Assembly (NCBI GenBank): GCA_965205975.1
Contig: OZ242195.1
Coordinates: forward strand, 960,001 to 1,024,000
DNA: 64,000 bases
Origin: Candidatus Latescibacterota bacterium
GTDB lineage: Bacteria > Latescibacterota > UBA2968
Reading direction: 5' to 3'
In this document: piece after piece, positions 46,766-56,475 of the stretch
How the letters are laid out: each line of letters opens with the position of its first letter
How positions within the stretch are numbered: the stretch's first letter is position 1
Translations under genes and position numbers: made by a program
Notes under the pieces: generated by a model
Database searches by the model: none
Seen by the model: the letters and a program-made list of their open reading frames with translations, nothing else
What the model was told of the DNA's origin: nothing

Positions 46766-49023
46766 ATGGTCAGATCTTCGAGTCCGGATGATAGAGACAG
46801 AACGGTGCTTTCTTCGGGGCACAGGTTGATTTGCGCCGTTGTGTTTCCCGCAGAAAGTGCAATTTGATTTTCTGATGCAGTTATTGAAAAGTCGGGATCG
46901 CTCTCTCCGGGACCGCGAACAGAGAAAATCGCGGCAATCCGACAGCGTTCTACGCACTCTGTCTCTGCTGTAAGGTGCCATCGCTTTTCGGGCAATTCTT
47001 TATCGAGGGTTGGATAGCCTTTATCTGGCGGTACGGGCCATTCGTCGGTCTGGCTGAGGCGAAGATCTGTTGATCCGAAAAGCTGACCCTTTAGTGAAGC
47101 TCCCTTGCGGTTGGATGTGACAGTCATCGCATCGAGATCAAATTTTTCGAATGCGTGTAGCAACCACTGGAATGTCGATGCTTCGGGGGCTTCCAATTCA
47201 TCGACGAGAATTGTGATCGATGGGCGGATCATCACGAGATGTCGCCTGTATCGGCTCAAAAGGTCTCCGTAAGCGTTTTCGGCTTCGCCGCAGACATAGC
47301 CAAACGGGTGTGTGGTCTTAAAATCGATAATTTCACCGCCACGGTTGCCATCCCGGTTGATCGCCCCTTCGCCATTGACGAGGACGCAGTTGTGTGAAAT
47401 CGAGTGCTGTGCGTATTCGTTGTGAAATGGCGTGCCGTGATGCGGAAAACGAAGGCCACCAGCACATATTAAAGCGCGTCCGCCTTTCATCACTGCAAAA
47501 TCATTCTGGCTCGCATGGCCGTGACTCACACCGCCAAAGGGCGATGATCGGAAGAGTACCATAAAATCACTATCCGGGTGTTCGATATCGCTGTGTAATG
47601 CGCCCCAGCCAACGCCTCGAAAGACGCGGTCTTGTGATACTGTATCTTTATGGGATGGGAGCGGAGTATCTTCAAGTAAAATGCCCAGAAAGGGATCGAT
47701 CTCTGCGGACCGACCTTCAGGGTCGCGCACCTGATCCGCCCAGGCGCGCAGTTGATGATTTTGCAATCTGAGACCGTGAAATTGAAGAAAGGTTCTGGCC
47801 TGTGAGCCGCGAACGGGCTGATCTTCGGTATCGCCAAATGGCATGAGTTCGCCAACTGGAGAAACGACGTAATAAAAAAACCACGGCATGTTCTGATAAT
47901 AGGGTTTTAGCCATATATCGTGTCCGGTCGCCAATTTCCAGGCGTGAAAAGGCATTGTGTCCCGCGAGTTGTAAGACAGGCCATAGGGTACGCCCTGTGC
48001 CCAACCTCCTTCATACCCGGCCCAATGGGGAAAATTTGTCGCAATAAGTTTGAGTGCGTATTCCGCCCATGAAGGCGCGCGTTCGTCTTCGGCACGGGCT
48101 ATGGCGTGTTCGAGTAAAAAACCGGGTAGGCGACCGTTGTGGCTCTCTTCGGGCGTGAATGTATAATCGTGTTTCTCCAGTCTGCGAATCATCTGGTCCG
48201 CCCGCGCGCCGAGCATGCGCGCGACGAGTTCGCGTTCGTCTTCGGTGAAAATATCGTAGATCCAGTCATAGACTTCTGCGCCTGCTCTGAGCAATCCGAG
48301 GCCGACTTCGTCGCCATAAGGCGCGAGAATAGAGGATATGCCCTCCACATCCCACTGTGCGGCGTCAACAATAAAGCGCCGTGCGGCTTCGCCATATCGC
48401 TTTTCCCCAGTGAGTAAATAAAAGAGGGCGAGTGTTCGCATGCCTTCATCGTGATATTTTCGCATGGTGCCAAAACACGCGACATAAGCCAGCCTGCGTT
48501 CGGAGGGGTCTTCAATCTGGTCGTATGTCGGCTCTGATGGTAGTTCGAGTGTGAGCGCGTGGTCGGCGTCGTTTCTCAGTGCTTCGAATGCTTCGGATCG
48601 AGTCGATGTTAGCGAGCGTCGCACATCTTTTAGGTCAGATGCAAGAAAGAAGAGACGCGGGCGTTCTTTTGGGACGTTTGCCAGCAGTGTAGCGGCGTCT
48701 GGATGAGGTTGTTCGGCAGCGCAATCGGCAATTTCAAAAGATCGGCATTCCGAGCGCGCTCGAACCGCGCCATTTACAACGGCTTGCACATGCCATTCGT
48801 AAGTTCCGGGTGCAAAAACGCAATCTGGATGGTGTATGGGATCGGAGAGCAGGGGAGATTCGTAGTAGGATTTTCCAGCGCGTGCGACAATGACGCGATA
48901 TTGACATGCACCCCGATCAGCAGCCCGCCACCAGCTAAATCCGGGGGGTGAGAGTGTGAGCGTTTCACCATTAAGCGGACGGATATAATTGGCGCGCGGC
49001 GGACGAATTGATGGAAATTTCAT
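46756..49023 (-). CDS. DUF4962 + heparinase II/III-like domain polysaccharide lyase (oligo-alginate lyase-like)
   Basis: N-terminal PPGFSW, helical toroid with ESHN, GGWAQG..Y, PFGD, SHGHASQNDF, SISHNCVLVNG; no signal peptide. Confidence 0.78.
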   Translation of the reverse strand: MKFPSIRPPRANYIRPLNGETLTLSPPGFSWWRAADRGACQYRVIVARAGKSYYESPLLSDPIHHPDCVFAPGTYEWHVQAVVNGAVRARSECRSFEIADCAAEQPHPDAATLLANVPKERPRLFFLASDLKDVRRSLTSTRSEAFEALRNDADHALTLELPSEPTYDQIEDPSERRLAYVACFGTMRKYHDEGMRTLALFYLLTGEKRYGEAARRFIVDAAQWDVEGISSILAPYGDEVGLGLLRAGAEVYDWIYDIFTEDERELVARMLGARADQMIRRLEKHDYTFTPEESHNGRLPGFLLEHAIARAEDERAPSWAEYALKLIATNFPHWAGYEGGWAQGVPYGLSYNSRDTMPFHAWKLATGHDIWLKPYYQNMPWFFYYVVSPVGELMPFGDTEDQPVRGSQARTFLQFHGLRLQNHQLRAWADQVRDPEGRSAEIDPFLGILLEDTPLPSHKDTVSQDRVFRGVGWGALHSDIEHPDSDFMVLFRSSPFGGVSHGHASQNDFAVMKGGRALICAGGLRFPHHGTPFHNEYAQHSISHNCVLVNGEGAINRDGNRGGEIIDFKTTHPFGYVCGEAENAYGDLLSRYRRHLVMIRPSITILVDELEAPEASTFQWLLHAFEKFDLDAMTVTSNRKGASLKGQLFGSTDLRLSQTDEWPVPPDKGYPTLDKELPEKRWHLTAETECVERCRIAAIFSVRGPGESDPDFSITASENQIALSAGNTTAQINLCPEESTVLSLSSGLEDLTIQA

Positions 49024-49042
49024 ATTTATATCCTTTCTGTTT

Positions 49043-50203
49043 TTAAGACCACAATTCCGTGCTATCGGGCAGGTGTTTTAATATTTCTTCTTCGTCTAAT
49101 TCAATGCCCAGTCCGGGACCCTCTGGCACGGTGATGTATCCATTTTGTATCGGATTTTTGATATTCAACATCGTTGACCAGAGCGGGATATTGGCGGAGT
49201 GATATTCCAGAGCCAGGAAGTTGGGTATGGTGGAACAGATGTGTACGGCGGCTATGCCAGCTACTGTGCTCGCCATATAATGCGGTGCGATTGACATGTG
49301 ATACATTTCTGCCAGTTCTGCGATGCGCCGCGTTTCTATGGCACCACCACTGCGCGGTATGTCGGGTTCGAGCAGGTCGCACGCGCCTTTTTCCATGAGT
49401 TCTCGAAATAGCTTTGCGCCGTAAAAGATTTCGCCGGTGCAAATCGGCGTTTCTGTTTGCATACAAATTTTTGCCAGGGCATCTACGTTACCCCATTCCC
49501 ACCGAATGGGGTCTTCCAACCACAATAAGTCGAGGTGTTCCACGTCTTTGCATATCCGCAGACCATCAACCGCGTTAAACGATCCGTGCAGGTCAATCGA
49601 CAAATCGATATACGGTCCGATTGCATCGCGCAACGCTTCAATGGTCGTTACAATATGTTCGTGTTGCCGCCGTCCGACAGACCGGTCGTACACATCCATT
49701 TTCCAGGGGTTGGGTACGTCCAGATCGAATTTTAGGGCTGTAAATCCTTCGGCAACGCGCTCTTTTGCCCGCGCCACATAGCTCGATGTTTCATATACGG
49801 GGTCTAATTCACCCGATGCGCGTACTTCAGCCCAGCGTCGATCATAGTCTTCTTTTGTCCAGTACGCGCCCGAATGGCAATCGCAATACATTCGCACCTT
49901 GTCGCGGAGCTTTCCTCCCAGGAGATCGCACATCGGTACGCCCAGTGCTTTGCCTTTAATATCCCACAGTGCGATTTCCACTCCAGCACCTGCGCCCTGC
50001 ATGCGCCACAGATGATCGTGATGTAATTGGTTCACATTGGTCGGGTCTTGTCCAATAAGGGTATTTTTCAATTGATCAACTGATTGTCCTCCGCGCCATT
50101 CCCCCAATCCATCAATGCCTTCTTCTGTGATGATTTTCAATAACGACCAGTGCCGGCAGGCAGCCCCCAAAGAGGGTGTTTTTTTTATATCTACGATTTT
50201 CAT
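49043..50203 (-). CDS. Mandelate racemase/muconate lactonizing family enzyme (acid-sugar dehydratase-like)
   Basis: EIALWDIKGK, ALKFD, IDLH, WLEDP, TGE, APH, LEYH, VPEGPGLG. Confidence 0.9.
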   Translation of the reverse strand: MKIVDIKKTPSLGAACRHWSLLKIITEEGIDGLGEWRGGQSVDQLKNTLIGQDPTNVNQLHHDHLWRMQGAGAGVEIALWDIKGKALGVPMCDLLGGKLRDKVRMYCDCHSGAYWTKEDYDRRWAEVRASGELDPVYETSSYVARAKERVAEGFTALKFDLDVPNPWKMDVYDRSVGRRQHEHIVTTIEALRDAIGPYIDLSIDLHGSFNAVDGLRICKDVEHLDLLWLEDPIRWEWGNVDALAKICMQTETPICTGEIFYGAKLFRELMEKGACDLLEPDIPRSGGAIETRRIAELAEMYHMSIAPHYMASTVAGIAAVHICSTIPNFLALEYHSANIPLWSTMLNIKNPIQNGYITVPEGPGLGIELDEEEILKHLPDSTELWS

Positions 50204-50240
50204 GTTACCTCCTAACTGATGTTACGCATGTCTGTGGTTT

Positions 50241-50336
50241 TGTCATGCTGAGCGGAGTGAAACGGAGCCGAAGCATCTTTACCACCTGCGTTGGTCGTAG
50301 ATTTTTCGACTCCGCTGCGCTCCGCTCAAAATGACA
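50241..50336. repeat. 96 bp imperfect palindromic element (REP/MITE-like)
   Basis: 38 bp arms TGTCATGCTGAGCGGAG..AAGCATCT (50241-50278) and AGATTTTTCG..CTCCGCTCAAAATGACA (50299-50336) around a 20 nt loop. Confidence 0.8.
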
Positions 50337-50377
50337 GGCCATTATATTGTGCAGATGCGTAATATCAACTCCTAATA

Positions 50378-51778
50378 TTAGTATCCCCAAATCCGCTTTT
50401 CCGGTCGTTCCATCTCTATGAGCCGTTTGATCAATAGATGCCGATGTTCTATCAGCGCGGTTGCGTGGTCCGGATCTTGCGCCACATCGCGGTATTCACC
50501 CCACTCGGCGTTCAGGTCATAGAGAAATTCCCGTCCATCGTCATGCGCGATATAGCGATAGTTCTCAGACCGGATCATTTTCCAGCCCGTGGCTTCCATC
50601 AATGCCACGGCTTTGTCCGGGGCGTTCCCCCCGCAGAAAACGGGATATAGCGATTGGCCCTGTAAATGGGGTGGAGTGGGTACACCGCAGGCTTCGAGCA
50701 GGGTGGGGAGTACATCGACGCCTTCGACGATGCTCGATACGCGACGCCCGCCTTCTTTACCGGGGATGCGCATTAGAAGGGGTACGCGGCTCACGCAATC
50801 ATGCCCGGGGTAGCCTTTGCCATAGCGCAAATGTTCGCCCAGCCATTCGCCGTGGTCAGATGTGAATACGACGATTGTTTCATCTGCAATACCCAATTCA
50901 TCCAGCGCGTCTAACATGCGCCCCACTTGGTGATCTACTTCGCTGACCATGCCGTAATATCCCTGTCGCGCCAGGCGAAGTTCGCGGTCGCCGTAGTGAT
51001 TTTCATTGCGCTTTTCATTCTCTTCTGGCGGGAAGGATGGTAGAGTCATTTGATCGGGATTGTACAGGTCCAGAAAACGCTGTGGTGCAACCCAGGGTGA
51101 ATGCGGGGAGTAAATTCCCGCGATGCACAAAAACGGGCGGCTTTCACTTGCGCGTTCCGACATATATTGTATTGACCGGCTCGCCACCCACGCGGTGTGT
51201 GTGTATTCATCTTTTCCGCGAAAGGGGATTGGGTGTTTGGGGAATCGTTCGTCGGGGTGATGCACACCGTCTTTTACGCCCATCATCTGATACCAGCGCT
51301 CTGCCAATGGCGGCAATCCGAGGCTCAAATGATCGAGTTGGTCCGGTGCTTCCATGCGTACCCAGGCGCGATAAGCGTCTTCGTAACAGCCGGGTTCGTC
51401 ACTGATCTCCAGATGGTCAAATCCATAATCGGGATGTACTTCGCGGTGGTCCCGATTGGCGTGTGGCAAAAAGTGCAATTTGCCGATATTTGCCGAGTGA
51501 TATCCCGAATTGTGCAGCAATTTGGGCAATGTCATAAAGTCTTCGGGCACGGGTACTCCCATGTGTGTAATGCCGAGTGTGGAGGGATATTGTCCGGTCA
51601 AAAGACTCACCCGACTGGGCATGCACACGGGGTTCTGGACAAAGTAGTGGTCGAAGTTTATGCCCTCGTTTGCCAAACGATCCAGATTTGGCGTCTGGAT
51701 ATCGGTGTTTCCATTCACACCCATGGCATCCCACCGCTGCTGGTCGGTGTAAATCAATAAGATATTCGGTCGTTTCAT
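50378..51778 (-). CDS. Cys-type formylglycine-dependent sulfatase
   Basis: PNILLIYTDQ, CMPSR (CxPxR), GKLH, PH, FTSDHG; no signal peptide. Confidence 0.93.
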   Translation of the reverse strand: MKRPNILLIYTDQQRWDAMGVNGNTDIQTPNLDRLANEGINFDHYFVQNPVCMPSRVSLLTGQYPSTLGITHMGVPVPEDFMTLPKLLHNSGYHSANIGKLHFLPHANRDHREVHPDYGFDHLEISDEPGCYEDAYRAWVRMEAPDQLDHLSLGLPPLAERWYQMMGVKDGVHHPDERFPKHPIPFRGKDEYTHTAWVASRSIQYMSERASESRPFLCIAGIYSPHSPWVAPQRFLDLYNPDQMTLPSFPPEENEKRNENHYGDRELRLARQGYYGMVSEVDHQVGRMLDALDELGIADETIVVFTSDHGEWLGEHLRYGKGYPGHDCVSRVPLLMRIPGKEGGRRVSSIVEGVDVLPTLLEACGVPTPPHLQGQSLYPVFCGGNAPDKAVALMEATGWKMIRSENYRYIAHDDGREFLYDLNAEWGEYRDVAQDPDHATALIEHRHLLIKRLIEMERPEKRIWGY

Positions 51779-51921
51779 GCTTTTCCTTTCTTTTCTGTGA
51801 TAAGGTCGTCCATAATACCCAAATTTGCCGCCAAAATCCACTGCCTTTTCCCTTGACACATCGTCCTTTTGATGCGACTTTGACGGACCTTTGGTGCCAT
51901 ATATAAACTGTGGAGTTGCGC

Positions 51922-53331
51922 GTGAAAAAAATGACGTATTTTATCATTGTGGTCACTTTTTTAACAGGATCTGTTTGGGCGTCAGATACGGTTGATCTGG
52001 TGGTGCTGCATATCAATGATACACACGGAAAATTATCTCCCTACAATTTGGGAGGGCACAATATTGGGGGAATAGGCCGTTTGTCAACGCTGGTAAAGCA
52101 GGTTCGCGCAGAAAATCCCGAGCGCGTTTTGCTTTTGCACGCGGGTGATATTTTTTCGCGTGGAGAGCCTGTGGTGATTTATACGGGGGGGTATGTGAAT
52201 CTGTTGGCTTTTGAAAAAATGGGCTTTGATGCCATTACACCGGGCAATGGAGAGTTTTATTTTGGGATTGAAAATCTGAAGCGACAGACCTCGCGCGTAT
52301 CCACGCCTTTTGTTCACGCGAATGTGACGTATAAACATCACGATGGACCGATTTTTCCTCCGTATCTGATCAAAGAATTTCAAGGTGTGAAAGTAGGGAT
52401 TTTGGGGCTTGGCCTCATTCGCCCCTGGCATCAGTCGTCTCAGATGCTGAGGTTGCATGATGCTGTGGAGACAGCTAAACAATACATGCCAGAATTGCGT
52501 CCAAAGGTCGATTTTTTGATTGCATTGACGCATATTGGCGTTAAAAACGACAGTTTGTTAGCGGCGGCTGTGCCGGAATTGGATTTAATTGTGGGTGGCG
52601 ATACTCACACGCGGTTAAATACGCCTTCGCGTATCGCACGGGCAAATGGGAATGGGAGCGTAGCTATTGTGCAAGCGCGGCATTATTACCAGTTTTTAGG
52701 GCGGGTAGATGTGCAATTGCAAAAGACGACACGGGGCTATCGGGTGACGGGGTTGAATGGCAAATTGTTGCCTCTTAAGGAGGTAATAGCGCGCGATTTA
52801 GAGATTGAAGCACTTATCGATGAATACACGAAGCCCTTAAATGAGGTGATTTGTCGAACAGAACGCGACTTGTCCAATGCGCGAGATGGTAGGTCGGCAT
52901 TGGGCGATCTGGTGGGGGAGGCGGTGTTGCATCAAACGCGCGCCGATGTTGCGATTTTGGAACGCAATGGGGATACGCACGGTGTTGCCGCGGGCGATGT
53001 TTTTTTGAACGATATTTATCGGCTGCGACAATACAGACCGCCCGTAATGCTCACACGCCTTTCGCGGGATCAGATCCAGGCGGTTCTCGGGGCGCGGATG
53101 TATCTGACAGCGGGCTGTTCGTTTGAGCGCGGGGATAAAACCATCGCAAATCTGAAGATAGGGGCAAAGCCCGATTCTGCGGGTACCTATCTCGTTGCGA
53201 TAGAGAGACAGGTCGCATTTCGCCATTTTCTCCGCGATGCCGCATCCGATTCTGTTGCATTTGATTTTACAGGTCTGCGTGTGGATACGGCATTGGAGCG
53301 GTATTTGCGCGATGTGAAAGTAATTCGCTAA
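51922..53331 (+). CDS. Exported 5'-nucleotidase/UDP-sugar hydrolase-like metallophosphoesterase with a variant active site
   Basis: Signal peptide; HINDTHG, AGD, PGNGEF, LTHIG, GGDTH; 5'-nucleotidase-like C-terminal domain. Start uncertain (51910, 51922 or 51931). Confidence 0.8.
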   Translation: MKKMTYFIIVVTFLTGSVWASDTVDLVVLHINDTHGKLSPYNLGGHNIGGIGRLSTLVKQVRAENPERVLLLHAGDIFSRGEPVVIYTGGYVNLLAFEKMGFDAITPGNGEFYFGIENLKRQTSRVSTPFVHANVTYKHHDGPIFPPYLIKEFQGVKVGILGLGLIRPWHQSSQMLRLHDAVETAKQYMPELRPKVDFLIALTHIGVKNDSLLAAAVPELDLIVGGDTHTRLNTPSRIARANGNGSVAIVQARHYYQFLGRVDVQLQKTTRGYRVTGLNGKLLPLKEVIARDLEIEALIDEYTKPLNEVICRTERDLSNARDGRSALGDLVGEAVLHQTRADVAILERNGDTHGVAAGDVFLNDIYRLRQYRPPVMLTRLSRDQIQAVLGARMYLTAGCSFERGDKTIANLKIGAKPDSAGTYLVAIERQVAFRHFLRDAASDSVAFDFTGLRVDTALERYLRDVKVIR

Positions 53332-53371
53332 GGCTTTTGGCCCCCTTATTCACTGATTTCAGGAGATTGCA

Positions 53372-54661
53372 ATGCATTATAAAACACCGATTACCGATGT
53401 TCAGATTGAAGCCAATTTCGAACACGCTGCCGAACAGTACGCCGCTTTTGGCGTGGATATTGAACAGGCTGTGGATAGAGCACTTGAAGTGCCGATCTCG
53501 CTCCATTGCTGGCAGGGTGACGATGTGGCGGGTTTTGAAGTCAAAGATGAGGCTGTTGAAGGCGGCGGCATTATGGCTACGGGCAATTATCCCGGTCGCG
53601 CGCGCAATGGGGATGAGCTTCGCCGGGACCTGAAAAAAGTGGTTGATCTGTTGCCCGGGCCACACAGAGCGAATATCCACGCTTCTTATGGTGATACGGG
53701 TGGCAAAGTCGTCGATCGCGATGCTCTGGAGCCGGAGCACTTTGCAAGCTGGGTCGATTGGGCAAAAGCGCATGATATTGGTATTGATTTTAATCCCACT
53801 TATTTTGCACATCCCAAAGCAAATGATGGTTTTACCCTGAGCCATCCCGATAAGGGTATTCGCGATTTTTGGGTTCAACACGGTATTGCGAGTCGCCGCA
53901 TTTCTGAAGCCATTGGGAAAGCGCTGGGGGATGATGTTGTCAACAATCACTGGATTCCCGATGGTGCCAAAGATCATCCCGCTGATCGGTGGACGCCCCG
54001 CGAGCGTCTGGTAGAGGCATTGGATACTGTCTTTGACGATGGCCTGGGCATAGGGCCCGAATGCGTTGATGCGGTTGAAGGCAAGCTCTTTGGATTGGGT
54101 ATGGAGGACTATACGGTTGGGTCCAATGATTTTTATGCCAATTACGCGTTGACCCGGGGTGTACTTCTCTGTCTCGATATGGGACATTTTCATCCGACTG
54201 AGTCGATTGCCGACAAGCTTTCAGCGCATTTTGCTTTCCACGACAAGTTGCTCATCCATACGAGCCGTCCCATTCGCTGGGACTCGGATCACGTCGTTCT
54301 ATTTAGCGATGACGTGCGCCATGTTTTTCTGGAACTCGCCCGCCACAATGCGATTGATCGCATGTATCTCGCGCTCGATTTCTTCGATGCGAGCATCAAT
54401 CGCATTGCAGCTTATGTTATTGGTACGCGCGCCACGCGCAAAGCCCTTCTCTATGGCCTCGTTGATCCTACTGACCGCCTGCGCCAACTCGAAGCCGAAG
54501 GCAAGCTCGCGCAAAAACTCGCGCTGATGGAGGATATGAAGACGATGCCATTTTCCGCTGTGTGGGATATGTGTTGCCTCAAAGCCAATGTGCCCATCGG
54601 TGCTTCCTGGCTCGATGAGATAGAGGCTTATGAGCGCGATGTGTTGTCGCAACGCGATTAG
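53372..54661 (+). CDS. rhaA: L-rhamnose isomerase
   Basis: ISLHCWQGDDV, ATGNYPGRAR, DFNPT, WIPDG, DAVEGKLFG, LDMGHFHP, RWDSDHV, LDFFDASINR. Confidence 0.96.
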   Translation: MHYKTPITDVQIEANFEHAAEQYAAFGVDIEQAVDRALEVPISLHCWQGDDVAGFEVKDEAVEGGGIMATGNYPGRARNGDELRRDLKKVVDLLPGPHRANIHASYGDTGGKVVDRDALEPEHFASWVDWAKAHDIGIDFNPTYFAHPKANDGFTLSHPDKGIRDFWVQHGIASRRISEAIGKALGDDVVNNHWIPDGAKDHPADRWTPRERLVEALDTVFDDGLGIGPECVDAVEGKLFGLGMEDYTVGSNDFYANYALTRGVLLCLDMGHFHPTESIADKLSAHFAFHDKLLIHTSRPIRWDSDHVVLFSDDVRHVFLELARHNAIDRMYLALDFFDASINRIAAYVIGTRATRKALLYGLVDPTDRLRQLEAEGKLAQKLALMEDMKTMPFSAVWDMCCLKANVPIGASWLDEIEAYERDVLSQRD

Positions 54662-54674
54662 AAATTCAGATACA

Positions 54675-54708
54675 AAAACGCCCGCCAGATTGTTTTGGTG
54701 GGCGTTTT
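54675..54708. terminator. Bidirectional intrinsic terminator
   Basis: AAAACGCCCGCCAG / TTGGTGGGCGTTTT stem with T-runs on both strands, between convergent genes. Confidence 0.8.
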
Positions 54709-54739
54709 GTTATTCTCTGATGGATTGGTATCATAAAAT

Positions 54740-55468
54740 CTAATCCACCTCCAGATATTTGTCTTCTAACTGATACCAGAACACATCTCCTGATTCAGTG
54801 ATATCCTGTATCCGGTTATCTATATCCACGGCGGCTATTGCAGCATAGGCGACGTGGGGGGTAAATTTCTTCAAAAATTCCGCGAACATGATGGCTCTGT
54901 CAGTGTCTCTGGCATCAGCGGTGTAGGAAATTTCCACAGCGATATAACATGTTTCACCTTGATCGTCAACGGCTTCTATAACGAGGTCTGCGTTGCGGAA
55001 TTTTCGCAGATCAATTGGGTCAATGCCCGATGTGTCCCCATTAGCGATTATATGAATGAGACCGTTCAAGTCAAGGTCTCCCATCCACTGAAATCCCATG
55101 TCCGCGGCAATGCTGGGGGCTTGTCTGATCGCGGCGTTTCTCGCATGGGCCGCCCGTAATCTTCCGAGGTCTATATCTATCTTGTTGAAGCGTCTATCCA
55201 TACGCTGTTCAAGTTCTTCAAAACGCCGGTTAGTCGTTGTGACAAATCTATTCATCTCTTCGGTGAACTTGTTGGTCTCTTCAATAAATTGGCCGAGTTG
55301 CTGTTCAAGGCTGTCAAAGCGTTTGTCTGTCTTTTCGGCGAACTCTGCGAGTTTTTCGGGTAGTTCCCGCAACTCGCGCGTTAACAGCCGGGCACGCAAC
55401 GCCTCAATCCACTGTGGGTTTTCGTCCAGTATTTCGACAAGCTCTTCTATGGTGTTGAAAACAGCCAT
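54740..55468 (-). CDS. Coiled-coil protein with a C-terminal PD-(D/E)XK-like domain
   Basis: Heptad region (TDKRFDSLEQ..TNRRFEELEQRMDRRFNKID) followed by ADLVI..YIAVEISYT. Confidence 0.7.
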   Translation of the reverse strand: MAVFNTIEELVEILDENPQWIEALRARLLTRELRELPEKLAEFAEKTDKRFDSLEQQLGQFIEETNKFTEEMNRFVTTTNRRFEELEQRMDRRFNKIDIDLGRLRAAHARNAAIRQAPSIAADMGFQWMGDLDLNGLIHIIANGDTSGIDPIDLRKFRNADLVIEAVDDQGETCYIAVEISYTADARDTDRAIMFAEFLKKFTPHVAYAAIAAVDIDNRIQDITESGDVFWYQLEDKYLEVD

Positions 55469-55510
55469 TTGCCCTCGCTATCTATTGTCAGGCTCTATAG
55501 ATAAAATGAA

Positions 55511-55539
55511 ATGATATCCGATAATAGTAGGCGTGTCAA
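55511..55539 (-). promoter_or_regulatory. Sigma70-type promoter for the coiled-coil gene
   Basis: Minus strand TTGACA (55539-55534), 17 nt spacer, TATCAT (55516-55511). Confidence 0.65.
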
Positions 55540-55582
55540 GGCGTAATCCGTTAAATAGCGGTCAGTGGTTAGTCCCCCTTTG

Positions 55583-55636
55583 TTATCTGCGTCCATCTGC
55601 GTTCATGCTCAAATTACTCGCCTTCATTCTGCGGAT
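55583..55636 (-). repeat. ~55 bp dispersed intergenic element, copy 2 (inverted relative to 2310-2365)
   Basis: Minus strand ATCCGCAGAATGAAGGCGAGTAATTTGAGCATGAACGCAGATGGACGCAGATAA. Confidence 0.75.
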
Positions 55637-56454
55637 CAAATCGTCAGTGTCACGTAATCATTTTTTACGATCTCTTTTTCATGTGTATAAGATTGCGTTT
55701 CGAGAAGCTCTCGCGTTTCGGGCGAGACTCGCGCCAATACTGAATCGGGAAATTCGTGGATTTGTCGGTGATATTGCGGACGGTATCTTAAGATTAAGAA
55801 ACGGCGATCCCGATCTCTGGGTTGCCAGGCCATTGCCCCGTGTGTCATCAATTCTGTGGTTACGACAATATCACCGGCCCGGGCTGTGATATTTGCCACG
55901 CCGAGGGGCACATCTTTTTCGATCCACCCGCCGTTGAACACATCGGGAGGACGCTTAAAATCGCTTTTGTGCGATCCCGGCACGAGCAGCAATCCGCCAT
56001 CTCCGGGCAAGACATCGGTGAGATAGACAAATACCACGAGGTCGTCGCAATAAATTTTGCCATCGTCGCAGCTATATCGGCAACTATAGGGACCAAAACT
56101 CTCTCGCGAACAATGCAACCGATGAACGGGGTCTTTAGCCGTATTGATCCGCACTTCACCGCTGTTTAGCCTCGGTCGTCGCCCAGATACTTCCAGTACA
56201 ATGGGCCAGAATGAACGGTGAAAGACCAGTGCTTCCAGTACTTTGTCAAAAGCAAAAGCGTATTTGAATTGTGTGCGATTTTTGTCAAATAATGAGGTTG
56301 AACGCCCAAACCCTTCGGGCAGTTCATCATCTGAGGCATTCACATACCGATCCATAGCCTGTTGTGCAGCTTTCAGTTCTGTCCGTACAAGTGCTTGTTC
56401 CAGATGCAGATATCCCATCATATCGAATAAATAGCGCTGTGCATCTGTCATCAT
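55636..56454 (-). CDS. PhyH-family Fe(II)/2OG oxygenase-like protein without a canonical HxD
   Basis: YLFDMMGYL, YLTDV..DGGLLLVPGSHK, AGD, THG..W, R..R; the first-His region reads HRLHCS. Confidence 0.82.
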   Translation of the reverse strand: MMTDAQRYLFDMMGYLHLEQALVRTELKAAQQAMDRYVNASDDELPEGFGRSTSLFDKNRTQFKYAFAFDKVLEALVFHRSFWPIVLEVSGRRPRLNSGEVRINTAKDPVHRLHCSRESFGPYSCRYSCDDGKIYCDDLVVFVYLTDVLPGDGGLLLVPGSHKSDFKRPPDVFNGGWIEKDVPLGVANITARAGDIVVTTELMTHGAMAWQPRDRDRRFLILRYRPQYHRQIHEFPDSVLARVSPETRELLETQSYTHEKEIVKNDYVTLTI

Positions 56455-56475
56455 GATGGCCTCCAAAGATAGATT

